DNA of 64,000 nt from Pseudomonadota bacterium (GTDB lineage Bacteria; Pseudomonadota; Gammaproteobacteria; CALCKW01), in the NCBI GenBank assembly GCA_039196715.1, contig JBCCUP010000002.1:73601-137600 (forward strand), read 5' to 3'. The translations under genes were made by a program, and so were the position numbers. Of the stretch, positions 32,530 through 42,448 are shown piece by piece (the first letter of the stretch is position 1; each line of letters opens with the position of its first letter). Below the pieces are notes generated by a model. It ran no database searches. It saw nothing but the letters and a program-made list of their open reading frames with translations, and was not told the origin of the DNA.

Positions 32530-33470
32530 CCGACGTGGCGGGCGACCCGTCACCGGCCATCGAGGCCTACCTGCAGTACCTCCTGACCGAACGGCGCTAC
32601 GCCGCCCACACGGTGTCGAACTACCGCCGCGACCTCCTCGCTGCCGTGGCCTTGCGGCCGGACGGGTGGGACAGCCTGCGTCGGGCGGACGTCCAGGCCA
32701 TGGTGGCGAAGTGGCACCGCGCCGGCATGGCACCCCGCAGCCTCTCGCGGCGGCTGTCGGCACTGCGCACCTTCTTCACCTTCGGCTTGCAGCGCGGCTG
32801 GTTCCAGCACAACCCGGTCAAGGACATCAGCCCGCCGAAGCGTGACAAGCCGCTGCCGCGCGTGCTCGCGGTGGACGAAGCGACGGCGCTGCTCGAGGAC
32901 GCGCCCGATTCACCTCTCGCCTGGCGTGACCGCGCGCTGTTCGAGTTGGTCTACTCCTGTGGCCTGCGCCTTTCCGAAGCGGTTGCACTTGACGTCGCGG
33001 CGGTCAGCGGTGGCGAACCGGTGTTGCGGGTGCGTGGCAAAGGCGGCAAGGAGCGCGATGTGCCGGTCGGGCGGTGTGCACATGAGGCATTGCAAGCCTG
33101 GCTCGACGTGCGCCCCCAGTTGGCAGGAGTCGATGAGACCGCTTTGTTCGTGTCCGCGCGGGGTGTGCGCATCGCGCCGCGGACGGTGCAGGCGCGGCTT
33201 GCGCAGCGCGCGCGCAAGCAGGGGCTGACGGCGCGCGTACACCCGCACATGCTGCGGCATTCCTTTGCGACACACGTGCTCGAATCGAGTGGGGATTTGC
33301 GCGCGGTGCAGGAGCTGCTCGGGCACGCCGACATCAGCACCACACAGATCTACACTCACCTCGATTATCAGCGGCTCGCCGCGGTGTACGAGAAGGCGCA
33401 CCCGCGTGCGCTCGCCCGCGGCGCACAGGAAGCGCCCGAGGACGGGTCGATGGAACCGGCGTCCGATTAG
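32526..33470 (+). CDS. xerC: Tyrosine recombinase XerC
   Basis: MTDVAGDPSPAIEAYLQYLLTERRYAAHTVSNYRRDL…RDRALFELVYSCGLRLSE…HMLRHSFATHVLESSGDLRAVQELLGHADISTTQIYTHLD catalytic R-H-R-Y tyrosine block. Chromosomal dif-resolvase context. The ATG overlaps the yigA stop. Confidence 0.88.
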   Translation: MTDVAGDPSPAIEAYLQYLLTERRYAAHTVSNYRRDLLAAVALRPDGWDSLRRADVQAMVAKWHRAGMAPRSLSRRLSALRTFFTFGLQRGWFQHNPVKDISPPKRDKPLPRVLAVDEATALLEDAPDSPLAWRDRALFELVYSCGLRLSEAVALDVAAVSGGEPVLRVRGKGGKERDVPVGRCAHEALQAWLDVRPQLAGVDETALFVSARGVRIAPRTVQARLAQRARKQGLTARVHPHMLRHSFATHVLESSGDLRAVQELLGHADISTTQIYTHLDYQRLAAVYEKAHPRALARGAQEAPEDGSMEPASD

Positions 33471-34945
33471 CGCTCGGTCGGCACCAGGGAAAAGACCGAC
33501 ACCGAGCTGGTGTTCCGCAGCATCGCCTTGAGACGCCAGTGCGTGCTCGGCGCGGCGTCGCTCAGCAGGGTCAGCGCCTGGCCGGTCTTGAACCGGCGCG
33601 GGGGCAGAACCAGGCACGGCGACGTGTTGCCGTGCGCCGCCGGGATGAGCATGCACTCGGTGCGCAGGATCGCACCGGTGTCGACGCGGTAGGTGGCGTA
33701 CACCGCCCGCGCCTCGGTGCTCAACAGCTGCAAACCGCATTGGTAGTGTTCGTCGGCGTGCTGGCGAAGCCACTGCACGATGCCGACACGCCAGATGCCG
33801 TTGTCGTCGGCGTGGGGTCGTCTCACCGCAGCGAGCGCACCGACATGCAAGCCGGTGGGGGACGCACTGGTCTTGTTGAGTCCGAGTCCGGATGGGCTGA
33901 GGTCCCGCATGGCCCAATCGCCGTCGCCCGAACCGTCGAGGTCGCGCAACACACTGGCGTGCACATCGTTCAGCCCGAGTACCACATTGACGGCGTCGTT
34001 TCGAAACGCGCGCGCCTCACGGCGGTCCTGACGGCCTTTGCACAAGCGGTAGAGCGGTAGCAGCGCCGGGTCGAAATCGCCCGACGCCCGCTGGGATTCG
34101 AGGTCCTGCGCCAGCGCGTCCATCACCAGCCAGCGCACGGTGGCGCGGCCCGCGCGGGCGCGGAACGGTGCCGCTTGAGGGGGCGCGTCGTCGGCGAGGT
34201 CGAAAGCCAGCGCGCGGCTGCGCGTGCCGGGGTGCTCGACGCGCAGCGTGACGCGGTCGACCCAACTCGGCAACCGTCGGTTCAGGCCGATCAACGCGGT
34301 GGTCGGCAGCGCGTTGGCGTCCACGCTGTGGGCGAGCAACAGCATCTTGAACAACTGGCTGACGGTGCGCGTCTCACCCGTGCGCAACAGGTTGTCGGCG
34401 ACCGGCGTGTCAACAAAGCCGTGGCGTTCGGCGACCGCGTACAGGCTGTAGGCGTCCTTGAGCAGCTTCGGTGGGGCCGATCGGTAGGTTTCGCGCGCGA
34501 TCAACAGCTGCTGGTGCAGCACATCCAGCGTGCGCACACACGCGTGGGCCCGCGCAGCGGTGGTGAGTTTGGGGTCGGCAAGGTCATCGCTCAGTGCGAT
34601 CTTGTAGCCGAAGCCCAGTTCGGTGAGCAGTGCGAGCTGGTCCTGCCAGGCGCGTTCGGCGTCGGCGGACAACGGAATGTCCTGGCCCTGCCAACTGCGG
34701 CGCAGTACCTGCTGGGCGTGGTGGCATTCGGGGCGCAGCCACTCGAGCACCTGTATGCGCTTGCCGCTCGCGCTCTGGCTGCGGTTCGACCGCTGCAGGC
34801 CGAGCTTGAAGCTGCGCACGCGCAGGCTGGGGGCCAGCTCGCGCAGGTCGCGCAGCCAGTTCATCACGGATTTCTGATCGCCTGCGAAGTCGGCGCTGCG
34901 TTGGCTGCGTTGCGTGGGCGTGTAAAGGTGCGATGCGTCGCTCAT
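33467..34945 (-). CDS. Hypothetical protein (about 490 aa) with possible PilZ-like C-terminal domain
   Basis: ORF 33467..35080. The start is placed at the internal Met ([12 protein letters not shown]…) to leave a 180-bp divergent promoter region with hslV. No catalytic motifs. Near the C-terminus is a D-L-S-P-S-G element resembling the PilZ DxSxxG motif, preceded by RQDRR. Confidence 0.45.
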   Translation of the reverse strand: MSDASHLYTPTQRSQRSADFAGDQKSVMNWLRDLRELAPSLRVRSFKLGLQRSNRSQSASGKRIQVLEWLRPECHHAQQVLRRSWQGQDIPLSADAERAWQDQLALLTELGFGYKIALSDDLADPKLTTAARAHACVRTLDVLHQQLLIARETYRSAPPKLLKDAYSLYAVAERHGFVDTPVADNLLRTGETRTVSQLFKMLLLAHSVDANALPTTALIGLNRRLPSWVDRVTLRVEHPGTRSRALAFDLADDAPPQAAPFRARAGRATVRWLVMDALAQDLESQRASGDFDPALLPLYRLCKGRQDRREARAFRNDAVNVVLGLNDVHASVLRDLDGSGDGDWAMRDLSPSGLGLNKTSASPTGLHVGALAAVRRPHADDNGIWRVGIVQWLRQHADEHYQCGLQLLSTEARAVYATYRVDTGAILRTECMLIPAAHGNTSPCLVLPPRRFKTGQALTLLSDAAPSTHWRLKAMLRNTSSVSVFSLVPTER

Positions 34946-35005
34946 GGTCTCGGGGTCCCGGGCTGACTGGTGGGTCGTTACCAGCCACCTCTGTGGTGCT
35001 GTGCT

Positions 35006-35035
35006 CTTGCAATTGGCAAGGTTCATACCCACCGT
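35006..35035 (+). promoter_or_regulatory. Putative sigma-32 promoter for hslVU
   Basis: CTTGCAA-N15-CCCACCGT, compared with CTTGAAA-N13-15-CCCCATNT. About 90 nt upstream of the hslV start. hslVU is a classic heat-shock operon. Confidence 0.3.
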
Positions 35036-35127
35036 ACTCCCGCAGTGCAGACAATCACTTACAGGTGATTTGCACAGCATGCGTCAAAATTCAGTCTCGT
35101 TCAAAGCCAATATCGAGGGGATGGGCC

Positions 35128-35667
35128 TTGGAACAATATCGGGGGACCACCGTGGTCGCGGTGCGACGGGGGAATCAGGTTGCGCTCGGTGCCGACGGGC
35201 AGGTCACGCTGGGCAACACGGTGATGAAAGGCAACGCCAGCAAGGTGCGACGCTTGTACAAGGGCAAGGTGCTCGCGGGTTTCGCCGGCGGCACGGCGGA
35301 CGCCTTTACGCTCTTCGAACGCTTTGAAGCCAAGCTCGAGGCGCACGGCGGGCAACTGACCCGCGCGGCGGTCGAACTGGCCAAGGACTGGCGCACCGAC
35401 CGCCTGCTGCGCCGCCTCGAGGCGCTGCTGGCGGTCGCGGATCATTCGGCTTCGCTGGTGATCTCGGGCAACGGTGACGTCATCGAACCCGAGCACGGCC
35501 TGATCGCCATCGGCTCGGGCGGCCCCTTCGCCCAGGCGGCGGCACGCGCGTTGATCGAGCACACCGAGCTCGATGCGCACGCGATCACCGAGCACAGCCT
35601 GTCGATTGCGGCTGACATCTGCATCTACACCAACCACCACCGCACCATCGAAACCCTGGAGCTGTGA
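35128..35667 (+). CDS. hslV: ATP-dependent protease subunit HslV (TTG start)
   Basis: (M)[43 protein letters not shown]…[17 protein letters not shown]… is collinear with E. coli HslV. The first residue after Met must be T for the active site. GAGGGGA RBS 9 nt upstream of TTG 35128. The ORF-track N-terminal extension is non-homologous. Confidence 0.85.
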   Translation: MEQYRGTTVVAVRRGNQVALGADGQVTLGNTVMKGNASKVRRLYKGKVLAGFAGGTADAFTLFERFEAKLEAHGGQLTRAAVELAKDWRTDRLLRRLEALLAVADHSASLVISGNGDVIEPEHGLIAIGSGGPFAQAAARALIEHTELDAHAITEHSLSIAADICIYTNHHRTIETLEL

Positions 35668-35673
35668 GCTGCC

Positions 35674-37008
35674 ATGACTGAAATGACCCCCCGTGAAATC
35701 GTCCAGGCGCTCGACAGCCACATCGTCGGTCAGTCCGACGCCAAACGCGCGGTCGCGGTGGCACTGCGCAACCGCTGGCGTCGGCAACAGGTCGACGAGC
35801 CGCTGCGCGGCGAGATCACACCGAAGAACATCCTCATGATCGGGCCGACCGGGGTGGGCAAGACCGAGATCGCGCGGCGTCTGGCAAAGCTCGCCAAGGC
35901 CCCGTTCATCAAGGTGGAGGCGACGAAATTCACCGAGGTGGGCTACGTCGGCCGAGACGTCGAGTCGATCGTGCGTGACCTCGTGGACATCGCCATCAAC
36001 GACACCCGCGAGGCCGAGAAGGCCCGGGTGCGCAACCGCGCACTCGACGCGGCCGAGGACCGCATCCTCGATATCCTGTTGCCGCCGCCGCGTGGCAGCG
36101 GCTTCGCCGAATCGACGCCCGCACCGGATTCCAGCACGCGTCAGAAGTTTCGCAAGAAGCTGCGCGAGGGCGACCTCGACGACAAGGAAGTCGAGGTCGA
36201 GGTCAGCGGCTCGCCGCTCGGGGTCGAGATCATGAGCCCGCCGGGCATGGAACAGATGACCGAGCAGTTGCAGCAGATGTTCAGCAACATGGGCAACGCG
36301 CCGAAGCAGAAGCGCAAGATGCGCATCAACGAAGCACTCGAGCAGCTCGCCGACGAGGAAGCGCGCGGCATGCTGGACGACGCCGAGGTCAAGCGCAAGG
36401 CGATCGAGTCGGTCGAGCAACACGGCATCGTGTTCATCGACGAGATCGACAAGGTCGCCAGGCGCAGTGAGGGTGGCGGCGGTGTAGACGTGTCCCGAGA
36501 GGGGGTACAGCGTGACCTGCTGCCGCTGGTCGAGGGCTGCACCGTGACCACCAAACACGGGCCGGTAAACACCGACCACATCCTGTTCATCGCCTCGGGT
36601 GCCTTCCACCTCAGCAAGCCGAGCGACCTGGTGCCGGAGCTGCAAGGCCGTCTGCCGATCCGGGTCGAGTTGAGTGCGCTCTCGGCGGCCGATTTCGAAC
36701 GCATTTTGACCGACACCAACGCCTCGTTGACGCGCCAGTACACCGCGTTGCTCGAGACCGAGAACGTTACGGTTGAATTCACCCAGGACGGTGTCGAGCG
36801 CATCGCCGCGGTGGCCTCGAGCGTCAACGAGACAACCGAAAACATCGGCGCGCGGCGCTTGCACACGGTGATGGAGCGCCTGCTCGAGGACGCGAGCTAC
36901 CATGCAGCCGACCGCAGCGGCCAGACGCTGACCGTCGACGCCGCCTACGTCGACGACCAACTCGGTGAACTCTCGGGCGACGAAGACCTGAGCCGCTACA
37001 TCCTCTGA
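35674..37008 (+). CDS. hslU: ATP-dependent protease ATPase subunit HslU
   Basis: [39 protein letters not shown]…[41 protein letters not shown]… AAA+ Walker A. 444 aa. Confidence 0.93.
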   Translation: MTEMTPREIVQALDSHIVGQSDAKRAVAVALRNRWRRQQVDEPLRGEITPKNILMIGPTGVGKTEIARRLAKLAKAPFIKVEATKFTEVGYVGRDVESIVRDLVDIAINDTREAEKARVRNRALDAAEDRILDILLPPPRGSGFAESTPAPDSSTRQKFRKKLREGDLDDKEVEVEVSGSPLGVEIMSPPGMEQMTEQLQQMFSNMGNAPKQKRKMRINEALEQLADEEARGMLDDAEVKRKAIESVEQHGIVFIDEIDKVARRSEGGGGVDVSREGVQRDLLPLVEGCTVTTKHGPVNTDHILFIASGAFHLSKPSDLVPELQGRLPIRVELSALSAADFERILTDTNASLTRQYTALLETENVTVEFTQDGVERIAAVASSVNETTENIGARRLHTVMERLLEDASYHAADRSGQTLTVDAAYVDDQLGELSGDEDLSRYIL

Positions 37009-37025
37009 GCGACGTCACCCCGTCA

Positions 37026-37922
37026 TCAGCGGCGACAGACCCCGGCGTCTCGGTCAGTCGGTGTGGCCGGACGGGTGGCCATGAGTGCATCTCGCATCGC
37101 CGCTGTGAGGTTCGGGTTGGCGCGTGTGTTCGTGAGAATCGAACGCACGGCCATCGGCAGCGCCGGCAAACCGTCCTGCGGACCGAGTGTACGCAGGCTG
37201 CTGTCGAGGCTTGATGCCGGCAGGGCGCCCACGGCGAGCCCCGCACGCAACGCGGATCGCAGGCTTGTGAAATCGTTGCTCAGGAAACGGGTGTGAAAGC
37301 GGCGCGCCGCGCGCGCGAGTGCAGATTCGGTCATCTGACGCCACCAGCAGGCTCGGTCCAGTTGGGCAAGCGGCACCGGCGCGTCTGCGGGGAGCGAGAA
37401 GCCCGGGTTCGCCGCCCAGACCGTGGACTCCACCGAGTGCACGTGCGCTGACAGGGCCTCGGGACCGGAGTGCACGGCGACATCGAGCTCACCCCGTGCG
37501 ATCTGGCCCGCGAAGCCTGATGTGCAGCCCGCGAATGCCTCCACTTCCACCCCCGGATGTGACTCGCGAAAACGCCGAAGCGCGTGTTCCAACAGCGGCC
37601 CGGCGCAATCGTCCGGCAAGCCGACGCGCACGGTCCCCTGCAAGCGATCCTCGAACACGGCCTGTGCGTCTCGCAGGCTCGAGACGACCTGCCTGGCGTG
37701 CGGCAGAAGCGTGAGACCCTCGGGCGTCAGTCTCATGCCCTGTGGCGATCGCGTGAACAGGCGCGTGTTCAGCGCGGATTCCACTTTGCGCAACTGCACA
37801 CTCAGCGCCGATTGCGTTTTGCTGAGCTGGCTCGCTGCCGCTGTGAGGTTGCCGCAGTCGGCAATGGCAAGGAAGGCTTGCAGCCCATCTCCGGTTAGCA
37901 CCAAGCGTTCGATATTATTCAT
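37026..37922 (-). CDS. LysR family transcriptional regulator
   Basis: N-terminal wHTH (…LQAFLAIADCGNLTAAASQLSKTQSALSVQLRKVE…) plus a substrate-binding domain. 298 aa. Divergent from the TauE/SafE gene. Confidence 0.85.
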   Translation of the reverse strand: MNNIERLVLTGDGLQAFLAIADCGNLTAAASQLSKTQSALSVQLRKVESALNTRLFTRSPQGMRLTPEGLTLLPHARQVVSSLRDAQAVFEDRLQGTVRVGLPDDCAGPLLEHALRRFRESHPGVEVEAFAGCTSGFAGQIARGELDVAVHSGPEALSAHVHSVESTVWAANPGFSLPADAPVPLAQLDRACWWRQMTESALARAARRFHTRFLSNDFTSLRSALRAGLAVGALPASSLDSSLRTLGPQDGLPALPMAVRSILTNTRANPNLTAAMRDALMATRPATPTDRDAGVCRR

Positions 37923-37929
37923 CGATCAA

Positions 37930-37942
37930 TGATAAATATTCA
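37930..37942. promoter_or_regulatory. Candidate LysR-type T-N11-A box in an AT-rich divergent promoter region
   Basis: TGATAAATATTCA (T-N11-A with TGA/TCA partial dyad) within the AT-rich 37923-37990 spacer between the LysR gene and tauE. Confidence 0.3.
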
Positions 37943-37990
37943 TTTCTGTAAATGGCAAGGCTCGCCTAGTGTTCGTGCAGGAGGGTCGAG

Positions 37991-38749
37991 ATGGACGCAG
38001 TCAGCGGGGTTTTTCTGGTCGGTGTCGGTCTGATCGGCGGCGTGTGGAACGCGGTCGCCGGTGGAGCCACGCTGTTTACCTTTCCCGCCTTGATGTGGGT
38101 GGGGCTGCCGCCCGTGGTAGCCAACGCCACCAACTACCTCGCCATGCTGCCGTCCAACGCCGCCGCGTTGCCGGCACACCGCGCCGACCTGAAGGCGATA
38201 GCAGGGGTGTTGCCGAGACTGGTCGTCGTGTCCGCTTCGGGGGCTTTGCTCGGGTCATTGATCCTCGTTTTCATCGACCCCGCGCTCTTCATGCTCCTCG
38301 TACCCGCCCTGATCGCCCTGGCGACCGCGTTGTTCGCGTTCGGGGACCGGGTGCGGGCGTGGTTGTTGGATACCGCGGGCAGCCGCAGTCAGGTGCTCGT
38401 GCTCGCCGGACTGTTCCTCGCATCGGTGTATGGCGGGTTCTTTGGGGCCGGGCTCGGCATCATTCTGCTGGCGATCGCGCAGTTACTGGGCTTCCGTGCG
38501 TTTTCGGTTGCCAACGCGATAAAGAACCTCCTCGCGACGGCGTTCACGCTGATCAGCATCGCCGTCTTTGGTGTCGGGGGCTTGGTCGCCTGGCCCGAGG
38601 CCGTGACCATGATGGTCGGCAGCACGGTGGGCGGTTACCTCGGTGGCCGTCTGTCGCATCAGGTGAACGAGCGGTTGCTGCGCCGAGCGGTCATTGCGTT
38701 CGGTTCGCTTCTGAGCGTGGTCTACGCCGTCCGGCTACTTGCCGGATAG
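37991..38749 (+). CDS. Sulfite exporter TauE/SafE family membrane protein (DUF81)
   Basis: Eight predicted TM helices with a duplicated 4-TM architecture. Gly-rich motifs (GGATLFTFPALMWVGLPPVVANATN; GGFFGAGLGIILLA) typical of TauE/SafE. 252 aa. Confidence 0.8.
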   Translation: MDAVSGVFLVGVGLIGGVWNAVAGGATLFTFPALMWVGLPPVVANATNYLAMLPSNAAALPAHRADLKAIAGVLPRLVVVSASGALLGSLILVFIDPALFMLLVPALIALATALFAFGDRVRAWLLDTAGSRSQVLVLAGLFLASVYGGFFGAGLGIILLAIAQLLGFRAFSVANAIKNLLATAFTLISIAVFGVGGLVAWPEAVTMMVGSTVGGYLGGRLSHQVNERLLRRAVIAFGSLLSVVYAVRLLAG

Positions 38750-38765
38750 CCGGTCGCGGGCAGGC

Positions 38766-40469
38766 TCAATCGGTGTCGTGCGCGTGTCGAAAATTGTGCA
38801 GGCGGTCCACCAAGCCATGGCGTGGGTGGTAGCCGCGATCAACATCCTCGAAGGTGTCGCACTGCACGACGACGTCATGGTCTGTGGCAAATGCGAGCGC
38901 GGCGCGCAGTTTCCTGTCGATGGCAACATCATCGGTGTTTGCGTCGGCCGGGTTGCTGTGTGACAGCCGCACGTTGACCGCAACGCGTGACCCCGCACCC
39001 TGAATGCGTGAGACGGCCTCCGTGAGCGCGTCCACCGGCTCCTCCCACGCCAGTTGCAGCAACACACCGGGGCATGGCTCGTCGCTCCGGGCCAATGCGG
39101 CGACGATGTCAGCGCAGTCTGACAACGGATACCCGGTCGTCGCTGTGTGCGCGAACGCCTTGCCATCCGCCGTTGCGGCGGATGTGGACGCCTTTGCCAG
39201 TGTGACAGGCACCGTTGTGCGTTGGACGATCTCGGCGGCTGTTGCAATCGCTTCGTCGAGGGTCCCCCGAATGTCAATCAACTCGAAACCGGCGAGTGCA
39301 CGCGCGTGGGCATTGAGGCAAACGACGGAGTCCTCGTCCGGCACCGTCGTGCTGAAAACGACAAAGCGCACGCCGAGACTGGCCCAATCCAGCAGCCGGG
39401 TCCGACTGGTTTCGGTTAACAGGTCGGACAGCGGAACCCGGACGGTGTCGATCCCGGACTGCAGCAACCTCAGGAGGGGGTAGTCGTTTCGCGCGGACTT
39501 GCGACTGTATTCCTCCATCGGCCCGTTGTACGGCAGTTGTCTGGCGCTGTGCCAGTCGTGTCTCATGTGCGGCACCAGACCGGTCCAGCGCGGCGGTGTG
39601 CTCGGACTGACCTTGCGTTCATGGGCAGCCAGTGTCCTTCCGTGGGTCTGAAACCAGCGGAAATCGAGCGTCTCCTCGTCGACGTCGAACAATGCAACCC
39701 CGTATTTTCCGGTGTCATCTCGCCCGTGCTCGGGGGCAGGTTTCCCCTGGAACAACTCGCTGTAGTCCTGCCGTGTGAAGCTGGTGGCGGGAAGACACCA
39801 GAGTTGCATGTCACCGTAGCGGTTGTAGAAGAAATGGTGAACGTGACCTGACAGGATCGCCCGAACGCCGTGCGACGATGCGAGCTTCAGCAAGCGACTG
39901 CGGCCGGGCTCGGCAATGTTGTCGTAGTGGTCGGGCTCGTCGGGGGCTTGAATGAACGGCGGGTAGTGGGAGAACAGCAGCACCTGTTGTCTGCGGTGTT
40001 CGCTGAGCGTGTGCGCCAGCCAGTCGAACTGGAGGTGCTCAGCCTCGAGGCCGGTGTTGATCAACGAGGAATTGATCGCCACGAGGGTCACCTCGCCGCA
40101 AACACTGGCCCAGGCGCTGTCACCGAACGCGGACTCGTAGCGGCTGATGTGGTCAGGGTTGGTCGCCTTGGCCGGCAGGCCGGGTGACGGTTTGTCGCCG
40201 ATGTCGTGGTTGCCCGGCACGAAGGACAGCTGCGGCTGGAGCGGTTCGAACACGCGCTTCGCTTCGGCGGCGGCTGAGGCGTACGCGGCCATGTGCGGCA
40301 AGGGGTGGACCATGTCGCCCAGGTGCACCGTGTGGTCCGGAGCGAGCTCTGCGATCAACGCGGTAGCGTAGCGTGCGCGCGCGTTCGCGCGTTCGTTGAC
40401 CGCGTAGGGCGACGACGTGTCGCCCTCCGGGGCGCGCAGGTGGGTGTCGGTGAAAACGGCGATGCGCAT
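38766..40469 (-). CDS. Metallophosphoesterase (calcineurin-like) fused to a C-terminal domain of about 280 aa of unknown type (possibly TIM-barrel)
   Basis: N-terminal domain carries the phosphoesterase motifs D-x-H (FTDTHL), GD (HLGDMVH), GNHD, GH (SGHVHHF). C-terminal half (from about residue 300) has no phosphoesterase motifs and alternating beta/alpha-like hydrophobic periodicity. 567 aa. Last gene of the ROK-tctB-tctA operon. Confidence 0.7.
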   Translation of the reverse strand: MRIAVFTDTHLRAPEGDTSSPYAVNERANARARYATALIAELAPDHTVHLGDMVHPLPHMAAYASAAAEAKRVFEPLQPQLSFVPGNHDIGDKPSPGLPAKATNPDHISRYESAFGDSAWASVCGEVTLVAINSSLINTGLEAEHLQFDWLAHTLSEHRRQQVLLFSHYPPFIQAPDEPDHYDNIAEPGRSRLLKLASSHGVRAILSGHVHHFFYNRYGDMQLWCLPATSFTRQDYSELFQGKPAPEHGRDDTGKYGVALFDVDEETLDFRWFQTHGRTLAAHERKVSPSTPPRWTGLVPHMRHDWHSARQLPYNGPMEEYSRKSARNDYPLLRLLQSGIDTVRVPLSDLLTETSRTRLLDWASLGVRFVVFSTTVPDEDSVVCLNAHARALAGFELIDIRGTLDEAIATAAEIVQRTTVPVTLAKASTSAATADGKAFAHTATTGYPLSDCADIVAALARSDEPCPGVLLQLAWEEPVDALTEAVSRIQGAGSRVAVNVRLSHSNPADANTDDVAIDRKLRAALAFATDHDVVVQCDTFEDVDRGYHPRHGLVDRLHNFRHAHDTD

Positions 40470-40476
40470 GTGCGGC

Positions 40477-41952
40477 TCAGGCCCGCTTCTTCAACAGCGC
40501 CCGCCGCACGGTCAGCGCGACAACCACGGCGGTCATGCACCAGAACAGCCAGCAGATCGGACTCGAGAAGAACACGCTCCACTCCCCGCGCGAGAGCAGC
40601 AGCGATTGGCGAAAGTTGTCTTCGAGCAGCGGCCCGAGGATGAACGCAATCAGAAACGGCGCGGCCGGAATGCCGAGGCGCAGCATGCCGAAACCGACCA
40701 CGCCCATGGCGAACATGACGCCGACATCGAACAGCGTGTTGTTCACTGCGTACGCCCCGTAGACGCAGAGCACCATGACGATCGGGAACAGCACGCGATG
40801 CGGGATGTCCGCGATCCGACTGATCAGCCGAATGGACACCTTGCCCACCGTGAACAGGATGATCGAACTCAACATGATGCCGATGAACAGCGCGTAGATC
40901 AGGCTGAGGTTGTCCTGGAACAGCAGCGGGCCCGGACGCAAGCCGTGGATCATGAACGCGCCGAGGATGATGGCCGTGATGATGTCGCCGGGGATGCCGA
41001 GGGCCAGCAACGGGATCAGGGTGGCACCGGCGACGCCGTTGTTGCCGCTCTCGGCCGCGGCGACGCCCTCGAGTTCACCCTTGCCGAAATTGTCGCTGTT
41101 GGGCGAGGTGCGCTTGGCCTCGGAATAGCTCAGGAAAGCCGATGGCGCCCCACCGATCCCCGGAATGGCGCCGAGCACGACGCCGATGGTGCTGCCGCGC
41201 AGGATACTCTTGAGGCAGCGTTTGAAATCGGCAAAGGAGGCACCGCGCCCGGCGAGCGGGTTGTGTTCACGCGGCAGTTCGACACGACCGAAAAAGGCGA
41301 TGATCTCCGGCAAGGCGAACAACCCGATCAGCACCGGGATGAAGTTCAGGCCGCTCATCAGGTTGACTTCACCGAAGACGAAGCGGTTGGTGCCGTACAC
41401 GAGATCGAGGCCGACGGTCGCCAGCAACAGGCCGAGGCAGGCCGAGCCGAGGCCCTTGAGCAACTGGTCGCCGGACACGCCGGCAATGATGGTCAGCGAA
41501 AACAGGATCAGCGTGAAGACTTCCGGCGAGCCAAACGCGAGAGCGAGGCTCGCGAGCATACCGGCAAACACGATCAGCGCGATGTTCGAGAGAAAATCGG
41601 CCACACACGAGGCGTAGAGCGCGATGTCGAGCGCCCGCCGCGCCTCGCCACGCTTGGCCAACGGGTAGCCGTCGAGCACGGTGCACGAGGCGGCCGGTGT
41701 GCCGGGCGCATTGATCAGAATCGCGGTGATCGACCCGCCGTAGATGCCACCCTTGTACACCCCGAGCAGCAGCAGGATGCCGGTGACCGGGGGCAGGGTG
41801 AACGTGAAGGGCAAGGTCAGCGCGACCGCCATCGGCGTTGTCATGCCCGGTATCGCACCGACAAAGGTGCCGACCACGACGCCGATTGCGAGGGCGCCGA
41901 CGTTTTGCCAGGTGGCGAAGAGCGCGAGTGCCTGCTGCAGGACGTCCAGCAT
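40477..41952 (-). CDS. tctA: Tripartite tricarboxylate transporter permease TctA
   Basis: 491 aa, highly hydrophobic, with TctA family motifs (GAIPGMTTPMAVALTLPFTF, GAIPGIGGAPSAFLSYSEAK, LGIPGDIITAIILGAF). Confidence 0.85.
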   Translation of the reverse strand: MLDVLQQALALFATWQNVGALAIGVVVGTFVGAIPGMTTPMAVALTLPFTFTLPPVTGILLLLGVYKGGIYGGSITAILINAPGTPAASCTVLDGYPLAKRGEARRALDIALYASCVADFLSNIALIVFAGMLASLALAFGSPEVFTLILFSLTIIAGVSGDQLLKGLGSACLGLLLATVGLDLVYGTNRFVFGEVNLMSGLNFIPVLIGLFALPEIIAFFGRVELPREHNPLAGRGASFADFKRCLKSILRGSTIGVVLGAIPGIGGAPSAFLSYSEAKRTSPNSDNFGKGELEGVAAAESGNNGVAGATLIPLLALGIPGDIITAIILGAFMIHGLRPGPLLFQDNLSLIYALFIGIMLSSIILFTVGKVSIRLISRIADIPHRVLFPIVMVLCVYGAYAVNNTLFDVGVMFAMGVVGFGMLRLGIPAAPFLIAFILGPLLEDNFRQSLLLSRGEWSVFFSSPICWLFWCMTAVVVALTVRRALLKKRA

Positions 41953-41953
41953 C

Positions 41954-42448
41954 TCAGAGTGCTCCTAGCCAAGGTTGTAAAACACCGAGCGGTATCGGAA
42001 TGTTTGCGACTTTCAGAAAAAAGACATACAGCCCGAGCGGGACGGCGATGGCGAGGGCCAGGACCCGCGGCCACCGCCGCTCACCGGCAAGCGGAAATGC
42101 GATCAGCAGCGCGAGACACGAGGCGAGTGGCAGGCCGAGCACTGACAACACACTGGCAAAGGCCGCGAGCAGCACGAACACGAGGCTGATCTGCCGCGCC
42201 GCATCCGGTCGCTGATCCGGGTCCACCTCACCGGCGGCGGGGCGCCAGGCGGCGCGCAGGCCCACGCAAAGGCCGACCACCAGCAACACCCACGCGACGA
42301 TGCGGGGGTAGTACGACGGTGACAGGGCTGCGTATTTGACGCGCCGGGGCTCGTCGACACCGTTCGGAATCAACACCAGGAGCAACAGCGCGGCGAAGCA
42401 CACCATGCTCAGGCCACTGAGGAAATCGCGATCTTGCAAACGGTTCAT
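41954..42448 (-). CDS. tctB: Tripartite tricarboxylate transporter small subunit TctB
   Basis: 164-aa 4-TM protein immediately upstream of and 1 nt apart from tctA. Its size and position fit TctB. Confidence 0.7.
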   Translation of the reverse strand: MNRLQDRDFLSGLSMVCFAALLLLVLIPNGVDEPRRVKYAALSPSYYPRIVAWVLLVVGLCVGLRAAWRPAAGEVDPDQRPDAARQISLVFVLLAAFASVLSVLGLPLASCLALLIAFPLAGERRWPRVLALAIAVPLGLYVFFLKVANIPIPLGVLQPWLGAL

